Both the position numbers and the translations under genes were made by a program. Below, in pieces: positions 27,405-37,039 of a DNA stretch of 64,000 nt (position 1 is its first letter; every line of letters starts with the position of its first letter). The notes under the pieces were generated by a model, which ran no database searches, was not told the DNA's origin, and saw nothing but the letters and a program-made list of their open reading frames with translations. This stretch comes from Candidatus Thorarchaeota archaeon (GTDB taxonomy: Archaea > Asgardarchaeota > Thorarchaeia > Thorarchaeales > Thorarchaeaceae). Location of the stretch: NCBI GenBank assembly GCA_019057475.1, contig DXJO01000041.1, positions 114,217-178,216 on the forward strand. Reading direction: 5' to 3'.

Positions 27405-27710
27405 ATGAGCCTACTCCAAGTTTTCAGCCCACTGACTGACTTCATGACATTGATCTCAATGTACTTCGCAGAGATCTGGGACTTTCTCATATTCATCGGC
27501 GGATCCTTAGGGGTCATCATCGTCCTAGGGGGAGTAATTCTCTGGTTCACAGAGACCATTATGAAACGGGGAAAGGGACTTGTCTTCGTTGGCATCCTAC
27601 TGTCAACCATAATTCGGTACTTCATGATGTGTCCGCCTTCATTCGCTGTGACCTACATTCCCCGGCTCAATCTTCTGAATCTGGGCGGCCAGAGAAAGGA
27701 AAGCGATTGA
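27405..27710 (+). CDS. Small membrane protein (2 TM), unknown function
   Basis: Hydrophobic pair flanking KRGK; TATA-like TTTATA at 27378. Confidence 0.5.
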   Translation: MSLLQVFSPLTDFMTLISMYFAEIWDFLIFIGGSLGVIIVLGGVILWFTETIMKRGKGLVFVGILLSTIIRYFMMCPPSFAVTYIPRLNLLNLGGQRKESD

Positions 27711-27764
27711 CTGCTGTTGTCAGTCGGAAAACTTTATGACCTCACGGACACGACCCAAGGAACA

Positions 27765-27894
27765 GGGCCCGTTGCCTAGCCCGGCATTATACACAATCCG
27801 TGTATTTTGTGGTTCATAGGGCGCCAGCCTTCTATAGACATGCATGTCTGAAGATAGTTGGAGTTCGTGTGTTCAAATCACACCGGGCCCGCCA
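27765..27894 (+). tRNA. tRNA-Arg(UCU) with 21-nt intron at 37/38 and ~30-nt D-loop insertion
   Basis: GGGCCCG/CGGGCCC acceptor stem, GTGTG-TTCAAAT-CACAC T-arm, encoded CCA; strict BHB at 27835-27855. Confidence 0.88.
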
Positions 27895-27926
27895 TAATAC
27901 TCATTCTCGTGGCGTCAGTTTCAATA

Positions 27927-29675
27927 CTAATCTCCAGCGAATCTCAGAGAACGCGTAAGCCAGCTCGGTAACTCAAGCTCTAACAGGCCTTCAAGCTGCT
28001 CCGCACTTACTATGGTCTTTGCTCCCTTTATGCGAGCTGCTCGTTTTGCGCCCACCCCCGGAACCGCTTTCCATTGTGCCAGGGAGGCCTTCGAGACCTC
28101 AAGAGGGTATGGCAGGACTGAGAGGGATCGTGGACCGTGATCGACCACAAAGACATCTACGAGTTCATCGATTTTTCGACCAACTGGCATGAAGCAGAGT
28201 GGAGGATAAGTTCCAAGGGGTCGCAGAAGATGGGTATTGCCCTGCTCTTGCTCCACGAAAGCTGAGCGGATGATGGTTCCGTACGGAGCGACCCTTCTAA
28301 TCATCTCATAGTCTATCGATTCGCGAATCTGTTTCTTATGTCGGAAGAATTCGTGTCGTTTCAAGGTTGATTTTCTCTTAGACCTCATCCGAGTTCCTGG
28401 AAAACCAATGACTTGTCTTATGTTTATGCGGCGTACAATGAGGTTTTCATTCAGAAGTCGTTCTAGGAAAGATAGATTGTAATCCAGTGTCCTCTTGCTC
28501 TCACCAGGTAGTCCATAGAGGAGATTGATGCCCGGCAGTAGGTGAGGCAACTCCCAAGGCGGACGATGACCTCCAACTTCGTTGAGAAGCCGAATGGCAC
28601 GCATCACATCCTCCTCGTTGGCTTTCAGGTTGTTCTGTTGCATGACTTCAGGATCTAGTGATTCCACTCCAAAAGCTGCTACATCGCCACTTGTATGATG
28701 CTTGATGATGATACGAGCAATACTTCTGCTTTCATCAGGATGCCGCGCGATTGTCCCCGGGTTGACATTATCAATGTGCAAGACCTTCAGTTGTGGAGCA
28801 GCCTGTCGAATCTTTGAGAAGAGCTTCTGGATTGTATCAGGATTGGGTTTTGGAAACTCCTCGTCCCCAATCTCCTTTGACCCATAGGTGAATAGATCTG
28901 CTTGATTGCCGATTCGAAATGCTTGCACACCTTCTCTGTAGAGCGCTTCAATCTCCTTGGCAACATCCGATGGATGCCGTTGCTTTGGATGTCCGTAGAG
29001 AGGTTCAGTGCAGAATGAACAGCCGCCAGTGATGTAACGTGGACAGCCCCGGTAGGTCTCAATCTCACATATGATGTGTCCACGTGAGTACCCCGGGTGC
29101 TGGGGAATCAGGTGCGCCCCTCGAACGGCATACTCTTCCATATCCTGAGGGGTCTCTCGTGTCGCAGATAGATCCACAGCAGAGAGGTTTCCATTATCAC
29201 TCATGACTGATGCAAGGACCACCTCAGGGTCTCCGGGGACTATGAAGTCGAAAGGGGGCAGGAGAACGTCTGAACTTACAGCCATACGGCCGCCCTCAAG
29301 ACCACAGCCGAAGCGTGCCCACGGACCTACGAGAAGCTTAGGGATGTCGTCAAGCCGCACGTCAGAAAAGAAGCGCTTGGCTTCCTTGACTGATACCGGC
29401 GTACCTCCAAGATACTTGCCAGGCACAATCATGCCCGCAATTAGTAGAAGCATATTAGCGGTAGACCATAGACGTTGAGGATCCTCCATTCTTCGGACCT
29501 GATCAATCGTCTGATAGAGTACTTCTGTATGAGGGGATTTTGTCCAGATGGCACCCGCGATATATCTCGGGTAGGGACTGACATACGGTGGCACACCTAG
29601 ACATGTGGGTTCGTCCACGTAACCATCAACTATGACGACCCTATCCAGGTCAGTCCCACTCCTTGAAGTTGTCAT
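27927..29675 (-). CDS. Radical SAM protein with C-terminal helix-hairpin-helix (COG1031-like)
   Basis: DGYVDEPTCLGVPPY, ETYRGCPRYITGGCSFC, VPGVGAKRA; ATG at 29675. Confidence 0.88.
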   Translation of the reverse strand: MTTSRSGTDLDRVVIVDGYVDEPTCLGVPPYVSPYPRYIAGAIWTKSPHTEVLYQTIDQVRRMEDPQRLWSTANMLLLIAGMIVPGKYLGGTPVSVKEAKRFFSDVRLDDIPKLLVGPWARFGCGLEGGRMAVSSDVLLPPFDFIVPGDPEVVLASVMSDNGNLSAVDLSATRETPQDMEEYAVRGAHLIPQHPGYSRGHIICEIETYRGCPRYITGGCSFCTEPLYGHPKQRHPSDVAKEIEALYREGVQAFRIGNQADLFTYGSKEIGDEEFPKPNPDTIQKLFSKIRQAAPQLKVLHIDNVNPGTIARHPDESRSIARIIIKHHTSGDVAAFGVESLDPEVMQQNNLKANEEDVMRAIRLLNEVGGHRPPWELPHLLPGINLLYGLPGESKRTLDYNLSFLERLLNENLIVRRINIRQVIGFPGTRMRSKRKSTLKRHEFFRHKKQIRESIDYEMIRRVAPYGTIIRSAFVEQEQGNTHLLRPLGTYPPLCFMPVGRKIDELVDVFVVDHGPRSLSVLPYPLEVSKASLAQWKAVPGVGAKRAARIKGAKTIVSAEQLEGLLELELPSWLTRSLRFAGD

Positions 29676-30642
29676 ATCCTGTAGATGGTATTTCGAAATT
29701 CCCATCTGGGGACTCGTAGCACACTCCGCTCCCCTTCTTTGCTTTACCAATCGCATGGAGAGCCACATGCTGCTTCTGCGCTACATCCAAGGCGTCATCC
29801 CATCTATCAGTAGGGACTGTCAACACAATGATGAACTCCTCGCCGCCTTGCATTACCAGCTTCTTCGTATCCAGCAGGTTGTTTCTAGTGAAGTGCTCTA
29901 CACCCTTTGCGACTGGAAGGTCGTCAATCACGAAACGAAGATTACTCGAATTCGCCATTGTATGAAGCGTGATTCCAAGACCGTCACTGCTATCCATTGA
30001 GGCGGTTATTGCGCCCTTCTTAGCCAATGACGATACGAATCCGTAGTGAATCCTTGGCTTGTATGCCGCACCAAGTGCATCATCACGAAGGCCGCTTTCA
30101 GCCTTGAGATCGTTTATCAGAATCTCGAAGGCAACAGAAGTGAGACCGAAGAGGTCAGTTACAGCAATCATGTCGCCCTCCTTGGTTCCACTCCTTGTCA
30201 CAATAGTTTCAGGGGCCGCAATTCCAATGGCAACCCCGGTGAGAACCACCTCAGATGATGAACCAAGGTCGCCGCCAATGAATGGAATGCCTGACTTGAA
30301 ACAGTACTGAGAATAGCCTCTGATAAGCTCCTGGCTAGCACTCACATCATAGTCATTCGGAACGCATAATGACAACATTGTGGCCACTGGAGTTGCACCC
30401 TTGGCAACTATGTCACTCAGTGCCATAATCGCAGTCTTTCGACCCACTTGTGCCTCGGTCATGCCAGACAGCCAGTCGGTCTTGGAGGTGAACGTATCCA
30501 CATTCACCACGATGCTCTTGTTGCTAGTGAGAGGAATGTCAGATGCATCTTCGTCAAAGCCCAGTTTTGCACCGTCAATCTCGCCAACCAAGTGCTGAAT
30601 GCTCTTGAGAAAGTCACGTTCGCCAATGTCGCCAGTCCTCAT
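29650..30642 (-). CDS. thiL: Thiamine-monophosphate kinase
   Basis: GERDF, DEDA, SDIVAKGA, IGGD, MDSSDGL, GGEEF. Confidence 0.93.
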   Translation of the reverse strand: MRTGDIGERDFLKSIQHLVGEIDGAKLGFDEDASDIPLTSNKSIVVNVDTFTSKTDWLSGMTEAQVGRKTAIMALSDIVAKGATPVATMLSLCVPNDYDVSASQELIRGYSQYCFKSGIPFIGGDLGSSSEVVLTGVAIGIAAPETIVTRSGTKEGDMIAVTDLFGLTSVAFEILINDLKAESGLRDDALGAAYKPRIHYGFVSSLAKKGAITASMDSSDGLGITLHTMANSSNLRFVIDDLPVAKGVEHFTRNNLLDTKKLVMQGGEEFIIVLTVPTDRWDDALDVAQKQHVALHAIGKAKKGSGVCYESPDGNFEIPSTGYDNFKEWD

Positions 30643-30748
30643 TGGTAGGCCTCCAAAGGTTGTCAACCCATGTTGATGATATAGTTCTTTACTATGAAGT
30701 AGACATTGTTCTTAACGTAAGGCATCAAGCGGACTGTGTGAAGTTTGT

Positions 30749-32527
30749 TTAGTCTACTCTCTTTGTTGAAGCCGCCATCTTGTCTGGATCCACAATAACC
30801 TCAACTATCGAGGGCGTACCTGAATCAAAGGCTTCTCGCAGAGCTGCATCCAAATCCTCAGCTTTCTCAACCCTAATGCCATGACCACCGCAGGTTTTTG
30901 CAAACTCAGCAAAGTTCGGGTTGGGAAAGCTAACCCCGTACTCAGGAAACCCTTCATGGAGCTGTTCTTTCTTGATATTCTTCAGCTTGCCGTCATTGAA
31001 GACAATCGCTGTGATATCCAGATTCTCTCGAACTGCTGTTGTGAAGTCAGCCATGAGCATCGCAAAACCGCCATCTCCGGAAACACAAATCACTTGTTTT
31101 TCAGGAAAGTCAAGCTTGGCGGATAATGCTGCAGGCAGACCAAAACCCATGCTGGCCATATTTGCGCTCAGATAGGGTCTCTGACCCTCACAGATGAACT
31201 TCTTGTAGAACCAGTAGGTGTGATCCCCTACATCTACAGTGATAATGGCATCATCACTCACATTTCTCTTCAGAGCCTGAATGACGTAACCTGGATTTAT
31301 CGGAGAAGAGAGGTCTTTGGATTCATCCTCAAGCTCCTTGAAGTGTTGCTCACGTATCTTCAGAGCATTGGCAAGAAACTCTTCATCTTCTTGCTTCTCC
31401 TTTACTAATGGGACCAGTTCCTTGAGGATCTCTTTTGCGTCGCCCACCAGTCCTACATCGACATCGAATGTCTTCCCCACACGTGTTGGATCGTTATCAA
31501 TCTGAAGTATCTTGATCCCCGCTGGAACCAGATTTGCTTGTCTAAATCCTGAACCGATAATGATGATGAGTTCAGAATCGCGTATTGCCTGAGCAGAATG
31601 CTTTGTACCTATTGAACCTAATACACCAAGGGCATACTTGTGGGTTTCATTCACTACTCCTTTTGCTCGTGATGTTGTAACTATCGGAGCCTTTAGCTTC
31701 TCTGCAAGTTCGACCAATAATTCTCCGGCATGTCTTGCCCCCCAACCTCCAAATACAACAGGTCGTTTGCAGCTATCAATTAGTTTAGCAGCGGCTTCCA
31801 GTTTCTCTCGTGGTGAAACGGTCGGACTCTTGAAGAGTCTTCGATCTGGAGCAATGATTGGTTCGTCGAGGGAATCTACTAGAACATCCGTAGGACAACT
31901 CAGGACTACAACTCCAGGTTTCTTCAACGCATACTTTGCAGCCATCATGGTAAGTTTTAGTGCTTGATTCGCTCGCGCTATAGTTTCTGCGTATTCAGAA
32001 AAGGGACGAAAGAGTTCAATCTGATCTATTTCTTGAAATGCTTCACTCCCTAGATATACTTCAGGAACCTGGCCAACCAAGGCGAGTACAGGAGTTCTAT
32101 CGGTAGCTGAGTCCATCAGTCCAGTGATGAGATTGGTTGCTCCTGGTCCAGCTATAGATATACAGACTCCCAATTCATCCGTAATTTTGCCGTGAGCTGC
32201 AGCCATGAATGCCGCTGTTTCTTCGTGTCGAGTCAGGATAAACGAGATGCTGTCGTTTGTCCGGATGGCATTGATAAGAGGAAGATTAGAGGTTCCGGGA
32301 ATACCATAGACCTTGTTGACACCAAGGGCAACAAGTTGTTCAATGATCTTCTCTGCAACGTTGGTTTCCCCCTTGCTCTCACTTTTCACGCCTTCAGCAG
32401 GGACAAAGGCAGATTTCGGTGCCCCACACACAGGACACGCGTATGAGTGAGGAAGACCTGGGAAGGGTTTGCCCTCAACATTCTCATCATAGACCCAGTT
32501 GCACACGGTACATCGATATTTTCCCAT
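30749..32527 (-). CDS. Rubredoxin-fused TPP-dependent enzyme (pyruvate oxidase/ALS family)
   Basis: CTVCNWVYDE...CPVCGAPKSAF; RHEETAAFMA, GPGATN, GDGG-x-N TPP motif. Confidence 0.92.
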   Translation of the reverse strand: MGKYRCTVCNWVYDENVEGKPFPGLPHSYACPVCGAPKSAFVPAEGVKSESKGETNVAEKIIEQLVALGVNKVYGIPGTSNLPLINAIRTNDSISFILTRHEETAAFMAAAHGKITDELGVCISIAGPGATNLITGLMDSATDRTPVLALVGQVPEVYLGSEAFQEIDQIELFRPFSEYAETIARANQALKLTMMAAKYALKKPGVVVLSCPTDVLVDSLDEPIIAPDRRLFKSPTVSPREKLEAAAKLIDSCKRPVVFGGWGARHAGELLVELAEKLKAPIVTTSRAKGVVNETHKYALGVLGSIGTKHSAQAIRDSELIIIIGSGFRQANLVPAGIKILQIDNDPTRVGKTFDVDVGLVGDAKEILKELVPLVKEKQEDEEFLANALKIREQHFKELEDESKDLSSPINPGYVIQALKRNVSDDAIITVDVGDHTYWFYKKFICEGQRPYLSANMASMGFGLPAALSAKLDFPEKQVICVSGDGGFAMLMADFTTAVRENLDITAIVFNDGKLKNIKKEQLHEGFPEYGVSFPNPNFAEFAKTCGGHGIRVEKAEDLDAALREAFDSGTPSIVEVIVDPDKMAASTKRVD

Positions 32528-32668
32528 GCAGAAACCTCAGACTAGATCCCCTAGTTGTGAAGGGGATTTTCTCCCTACATACTGCATCTAATAAACAGAG
32601 TGCATAAGGAGACACTTATAACAAAATTAACCATTGTTAACTTATCGTTAGTTTTGGAGAAGATAATA

Positions 32669-33082
32669 ATGGATGACATGGTTAAGATGCTTGCTGACGC
32701 GCCTCAAGAACAGAGAATGCAGATGATAACTGAACGTCTGAAAATGATGGCGGGTCAACCAGAACCTCAGAGAATTGAGTCGGTGAAAGGTCTAGTGATG
32801 GCAATTTCAAAGCTCGATGATAAGAAGAAGGCTCCTTTCGTTGCTGATCGTACAATGTGCATTGCACGGTTACCTGATGAGCAGAAGAGTGCCATACTTA
32901 CAGCGAGAGTAAAAATTGGTTCTCAGATTCCTGAGAATGTTAACAATCTGGACATGAAGCAAACTGTGATGGCTGTTAACCAATGGCCAGAAGAGAAACG
33001 TAACATGTTCATGCAGGGGCTCAAGAAGGCTTTCGAGGCTGTCAATGTCCCAATGCCAGATCTTAAGGCACTGATGAAATAG
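32669..33082 (+). CDS. All-alpha, Met-rich hypothetical protein
   Basis: GGAG RBS; recurring (A/Q/L/W)P(Q/E/D)E helix-turn units. Confidence 0.75.
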   Translation: MDDMVKMLADAPQEQRMQMITERLKMMAGQPEPQRIESVKGLVMAISKLDDKKKAPFVADRTMCIARLPDEQKSAILTARVKIGSQIPENVNNLDMKQTVMAVNQWPEEKRNMFMQGLKKAFEAVNVPMPDLKALMK

Positions 33083-33173
33083 TAGGTGCAATGGGCATCC
33101 ATCTGGCACGTTCAGAACCAGGTGGAGCCTCTTGCATTGTTTTGTTTCCCGATTTTGTGGGGGTTTTATGATT

Positions 33174-34661
33174 ATGATGGATGGATTAGTAAAAAGATAC
33201 AGAACAATACTGATGGTCGGTATGTTACTGGTAGTAGTTTCCTTCTTTGTCGGAATCTGGAGGTTGATTAACCAGGCCACACTAGAAAGCATAATTGATA
33301 CATCATCTGCGGCGTATCTGTCTGCTTCTGCTATTGAGGCCATTCTGCATGCGTATGCAGAGATTGTGCCGCTATTTGGACTTGGCATTCTCAAGCTTGG
33401 AATAGGGTTCGCGATTGTAACGATAGTTGTCAGCCTTAGAACAACTGGTGAGAACGCACGGACAAGTCTTGCGAGAATTGACTTGCAACCGCCGGAGGTG
33501 AAGCCACCTCTCTTCGCGCGGATATTCGCAAAAATGTTAGTCTTGGGCATATTGATAGAATTGGTTGCCGTGTTCATCACCATAGCATGGATGGCAGCCG
33601 AGGTCGCTATCATTGATCCAGGTTTGGCACACCTCCTTGAGATATTTGCCGAACCTCTTGAGGGCTTAGGAGTTTCATTGCTGATTGGGGGTATAGCTTT
33701 AGGCCTTGCAACAATTGTACTGAATCTTATGACACAAGCGATTGTTCTACCGGGCAGACTCATTCATATGGCAACAGGAAAGGAATCAAAGCCTGGGAAC
33801 ATCAAGGATTTATTCCCAAAGCGGACACTGATGGTCACGTACCTAGGAATGATCATCACAGCGACTGGCCTTATTCCACTAGCCTTCATTAGACTGTTCA
33901 TAGACATTCCAACTCCAACCTGGGAAAACTGGATGTTCGTCGGAATTGGAATCATGCTGTTCTCTATTGCATACTGGCTCCTCACCATAATCAAATGGTT
34001 GAGAGCACAGAGGGTCAATCTTGGCAAAGCTGTTGCCGAGTCAGCTGGAATAGATGTCCCAGAGATAGAATCGCCTCTGTCAATTACTAAACTAGTTCCG
34101 ATACTGGCGTTCATTGGATTACTCTGGATGATATCCTTCGCGATACTGGGTCTGCTATTCCCAACTGGGTTGCTTAGTCCATTTGGACCATTGGTTAGGC
34201 CTGGCAAAGCCATTGGAATGGCTACTATCTTTCTTGGAATCGGGTTGGCTTTGATGACAATTGTAGTGAATCTCAGACTCACTGCATTCATGCTTCCTGG
34301 GTCGTTCTCTAAAATCGTCAGCGCCATTAAGGGTGAGAAGGTTGAAGGTGCACCTGGTTTCTCTGTTGGGAACCCGATGTCACTTGCACCGAAGAAACTC
34401 TTTGCGGGGATGATAGCGGGAGCAATCATTGCAGCCATGGGCACAGTTCCGCTGGCATGGATCAGGATAGCTATTCCAGACCTGTTCTTCATTGCTGAAC
34501 GCATGATTGGAACAACTGTCGCACTAGGTATTGGGATGATCTTCTTCTTCATAGGTCTCTTCTTCGGTACGATAGTGACCTTCGTGAGCGGAAGGCGGAC
34601 AATGATCAGTGAAGGCATTGAAACCTGTGTCTACTATGTAGCTGAAAAGCGAGATAAATAG
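33174..34661 (+). CDS. Membrane protein built of five 2-TM repeats, unknown function
   Basis: Recurring G-x6-I-x5-TI(V/I)-x2-(L/V) unit. Confidence 0.85.
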   Translation: MMDGLVKRYRTILMVGMLLVVVSFFVGIWRLINQATLESIIDTSSAAYLSASAIEAILHAYAEIVPLFGLGILKLGIGFAIVTIVVSLRTTGENARTSLARIDLQPPEVKPPLFARIFAKMLVLGILIELVAVFITIAWMAAEVAIIDPGLAHLLEIFAEPLEGLGVSLLIGGIALGLATIVLNLMTQAIVLPGRLIHMATGKESKPGNIKDLFPKRTLMVTYLGMIITATGLIPLAFIRLFIDIPTPTWENWMFVGIGIMLFSIAYWLLTIIKWLRAQRVNLGKAVAESAGIDVPEIESPLSITKLVPILAFIGLLWMISFAILGLLFPTGLLSPFGPLVRPGKAIGMATIFLGIGLALMTIVVNLRLTAFMLPGSFSKIVSAIKGEKVEGAPGFSVGNPMSLAPKKLFAGMIAGAIIAAMGTVPLAWIRIAIPDLFFIAERMIGTTVALGIGMIFFFIGLFFGTIVTFVSGRRTMISEGIETCVYYVAEKRDK

Positions 34662-34674
34662 ATGAAACAATAGG

Positions 34675-34710
34675 GGTGGTGACCACTTGGTCACTGCCGC
34701 TCTTTTCTTT
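34675..34710 (+). terminator. Hairpin plus T-tract
   Basis: GGTGGTGACCA-CT-TGGTCACTGCC followed by TCTTTTCTTT. Confidence 0.6.
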
Positions 34711-34820
34711 GGCAAGACTTAATGTGGAGAGAGAAGTATTTGCTAGACCTGCTGTTACTAGTCTAGCTGACTTATGTGAATAGTTTTATATCGACTCCAG
34801 AGGCAAGCGGCTTTAGTTGA

Positions 34821-34926
34821 GCCTCGGTGGCCAAGCGGCTAAGGCGTTTCCCTCGTAAGGAAGAGATCGCGGGTTCAAAAAGAGTTGCGACTTCTGCAGC
34901 TTTTGAAAATCCCGCCCGGGGCTCCA
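34821..34926 (+). tRNA. tRNA-Thr(CGU) with 30-nt intron at 59/60
   Basis: GCCTCGG/CCGGGGC acceptor, TTTCC-CTCGTAA-GGAAG anticodon arm; perfect BHB (TTCA/TGAA, bulges AAA and AAT), intron 34880-34909; CCA. Confidence 0.93.
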
Positions 34927-35032
34927 TTCCTTTTCTTCGCTTCAAGCCTATAGAGCACAGATAACAAGTCAGCTGGTTTTATCAGCGAATAGCTGCCTAT
35001 ATTACTTGGAATCGTGAAAGGAGAGTACGAAG

Positions 35033-35395
35033 TTGTCACGCAAAGCTACGGGCGTGGAAATCTGGGCCATTCTGATGATCCTAGTCGGGCTCATGTATCT
35101 AATAACGGGCATTGATGTAGTGATATTCAGCTACATCATTGGATATGACACTACGGGTCCTCTTCTGTGGCTATTGTACCCGATTTTCATGATTGTTGTG
35201 GGATGGGAGCTTACAAATCTCAAGTACTGGGCGTGGGTGTGTACGATTGCATTAATTGTAATCGGGATTTTCAGAACTGTTAACGACCTGATTATTTACG
35301 GATATTGGCAAAGCATTCCGGGGGTGGCAACCCTCACCGTAATTCTCGTGTACTTCCTAGCAGCGAAGACCCGAAGCCAGTTCACGTGGCACTGA
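35033..35395 (+). CDS. Small 4-TM membrane protein
   Basis: GGAG RBS, four hydrophobic segments, KYWAW. Confidence 0.7.
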   Translation: MSRKATGVEIWAILMILVGLMYLITGIDVVIFSYIIGYDTTGPLLWLLYPIFMIVVGWELTNLKYWAWVCTIALIVIGIFRTVNDLIIYGYWQSIPGVATLTVILVYFLAAKTRSQFTWH

Positions 35396-35791
35396 GCTCG
35401 TGGTTCCTGAACAGAGAGTTCTAATCATACCGGGGACTCCATTACTCCCTTTTCATGCAGAATGCTCAGCAACTTGTGCAGGTTTCAACAACCTTATTGG
35501 GAGTCGGAAACCATTTTTGAGGAACAGGTGAAAAAGAAATGAAAAATAAGAAACCAAGAAAGGTCTACATCAAGGCCTCAAAACCAGCCCTATTTGAGTG
35601 GCTGGCCGGAACTACCAGATAATCAAGGTAGTTCACAACAAGAGAACAGATCGGATTGTCACTTCGAAGTGACTCCCTCTGTTCCGAAGATACATTCTCT
35701 CTTTTCCGAAGCAATCTTCTTCCTACAGAAATCCTTATCACAGGTTTCAAAATCGATTGCGATAACCCTCTTGAGATGAACTCTTACAATT

Positions 35792-35909
35792 GCGGAGGTT
35801 GCCCAGCCAGGTTAAAGGCGCTAGGTTGAGGGCCTAGTCTCGTAGGAGTTCGCGAGACTTCGAGCCGAATCGACTCGGAGCGACAATTCAAATCTCGCCC
35901 TCCGCACCA
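35792..35909 (+). tRNA. tRNA-Leu(GAG) with 30-nt intron at 53/54
   Basis: GCGGAGG/CCTCCGC acceptor, CTAGG-TTGAGGG-CCTAG anticodon arm, variable arm; removing 35857-35886 restores GCGAG-TTCAAAT-CTCGC; CCA. Confidence 0.9.
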
Positions 35910-35958
35910 CTTCTCTATGTGTTTCCAAGGCTAGGCATCAACAGAGTCGTGCTCGTAC

Positions 35959-36966
35959 CTAAGCATTTTCCGGCACATGCGCTCTGAGAAACGTGAGTAG
36001 TTCTGAATTCATCTGTTCCACGTGGTTTCCCAACCAGACAATATGCCCTACACTCTCAAGTCTGCATAGTTTCGCGTCGGGAATTGCGGCGGCCGTGAAT
36101 TCTGCATTTGAAAACGCCACATCTCTATCTGCTGTTCCATGAATGACGAGTGTTGGACATACTATGGCGTCCAGATGATGCATAGATACCTGTGTGAGAC
36201 GCTTCAGATCATTCCGCAGACCCACCTTGCGGGGGCTGAGAGGAGAAGCCGTGCGAATGAGCCTCTTGTACCACTCGACCTGCTCAGGTGTTCTAGTTAC
36301 TCGTTCAACATAGTTGTCAATTTCTTTTGATTGCAGTGCCAGGTTCTCTTTGAACATCTGTTTCAGGGAGATTGATGGCCAGTACTCTGTCAACACATTG
36401 AACATCCAAATCCCTATGTCCATGAATGCGTCTGAGAGAATCACACTACCAAGTAGTGAACTCCTTTGACTCTTCTTTGCCCCGTACTGTTCACTGACCG
36501 CGGATATCATGACCAAGGCCCATATGCGGTCTGGATAGCGCAATGCGAATTGCAGTGCAGGCGGGCCTCCGGCAGAAACGCCAAGAACAGCAACTCTAGA
36601 GATGCCCAAGGAATCCAGTAGGGCTGCTATGGCATCGGCTTGCTCCTCATATGTTTCGCCTGATGTTAGAGGTGTTTGCAGGTATCCAGGTCTGGAACAG
36701 GCAAGGACCGAGAAGCCTTTGCCCGGCCACTTCTCCATCACAAGCAAGCTTTGGTCATATCCGCCAGGTGCACCATGAATCGGTAATAGTACTGGGCCCG
36801 CTCCTTGAAGAGCATATTCGATTGGACCAACAGACGTGTTCGCAATGCTGCCTCCCATGTGCAGGTCAGAGAGAAGGTTTCTCTTCCAGCGTCTGAAGCC
36901 AGATATCAACCGCATGGAGAGGACTATCAAAAAGACCAACACTATTGCGAAGATTTCCGCTGGCAT
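35959..36966 (-). CDS. N-terminally anchored alpha/beta hydrolase
   Basis: HGAPGG, SRPGY, GVSAGG, HGTAD, GH. Confidence 0.9.
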   Translation of the reverse strand: MPAEIFAIVLVFLIVLSMRLISGFRRWKRNLLSDLHMGGSIANTSVGPIEYALQGAGPVLLPIHGAPGGYDQSLLVMEKWPGKGFSVLACSRPGYLQTPLTSGETYEEQADAIAALLDSLGISRVAVLGVSAGGPPALQFALRYPDRIWALVMISAVSEQYGAKKSQRSSLLGSVILSDAFMDIGIWMFNVLTEYWPSISLKQMFKENLALQSKEIDNYVERVTRTPEQVEWYKRLIRTASPLSPRKVGLRNDLKRLTQVSMHHLDAIVCPTLVIHGTADRDVAFSNAEFTAAAIPDAKLCRLESVGHIVWLGNHVEQMNSELLTFLRAHVPENA

Positions 36967-37039
36967 AATGAACCCGTCTGCTGGTCAACCCTAGCGGGCT
37001 AAGAATCTTCTTTTCTGTTCTTGCGTCCTAACTCGTATA

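Noticed and set aside
32870-34618. Two long minus-strand ORFs (297 and 284 aa)
   Set aside because: Codon-aligned shadows of the hydrophobic + strand membrane gene
35539-35779. 27-aa basic ORF (MKNKKPRK...) with AGGTGA RBS and nearby 61-aa ORFs
   Set aside because: Too short and unrecognisable; may be a decayed remnant, not supportable
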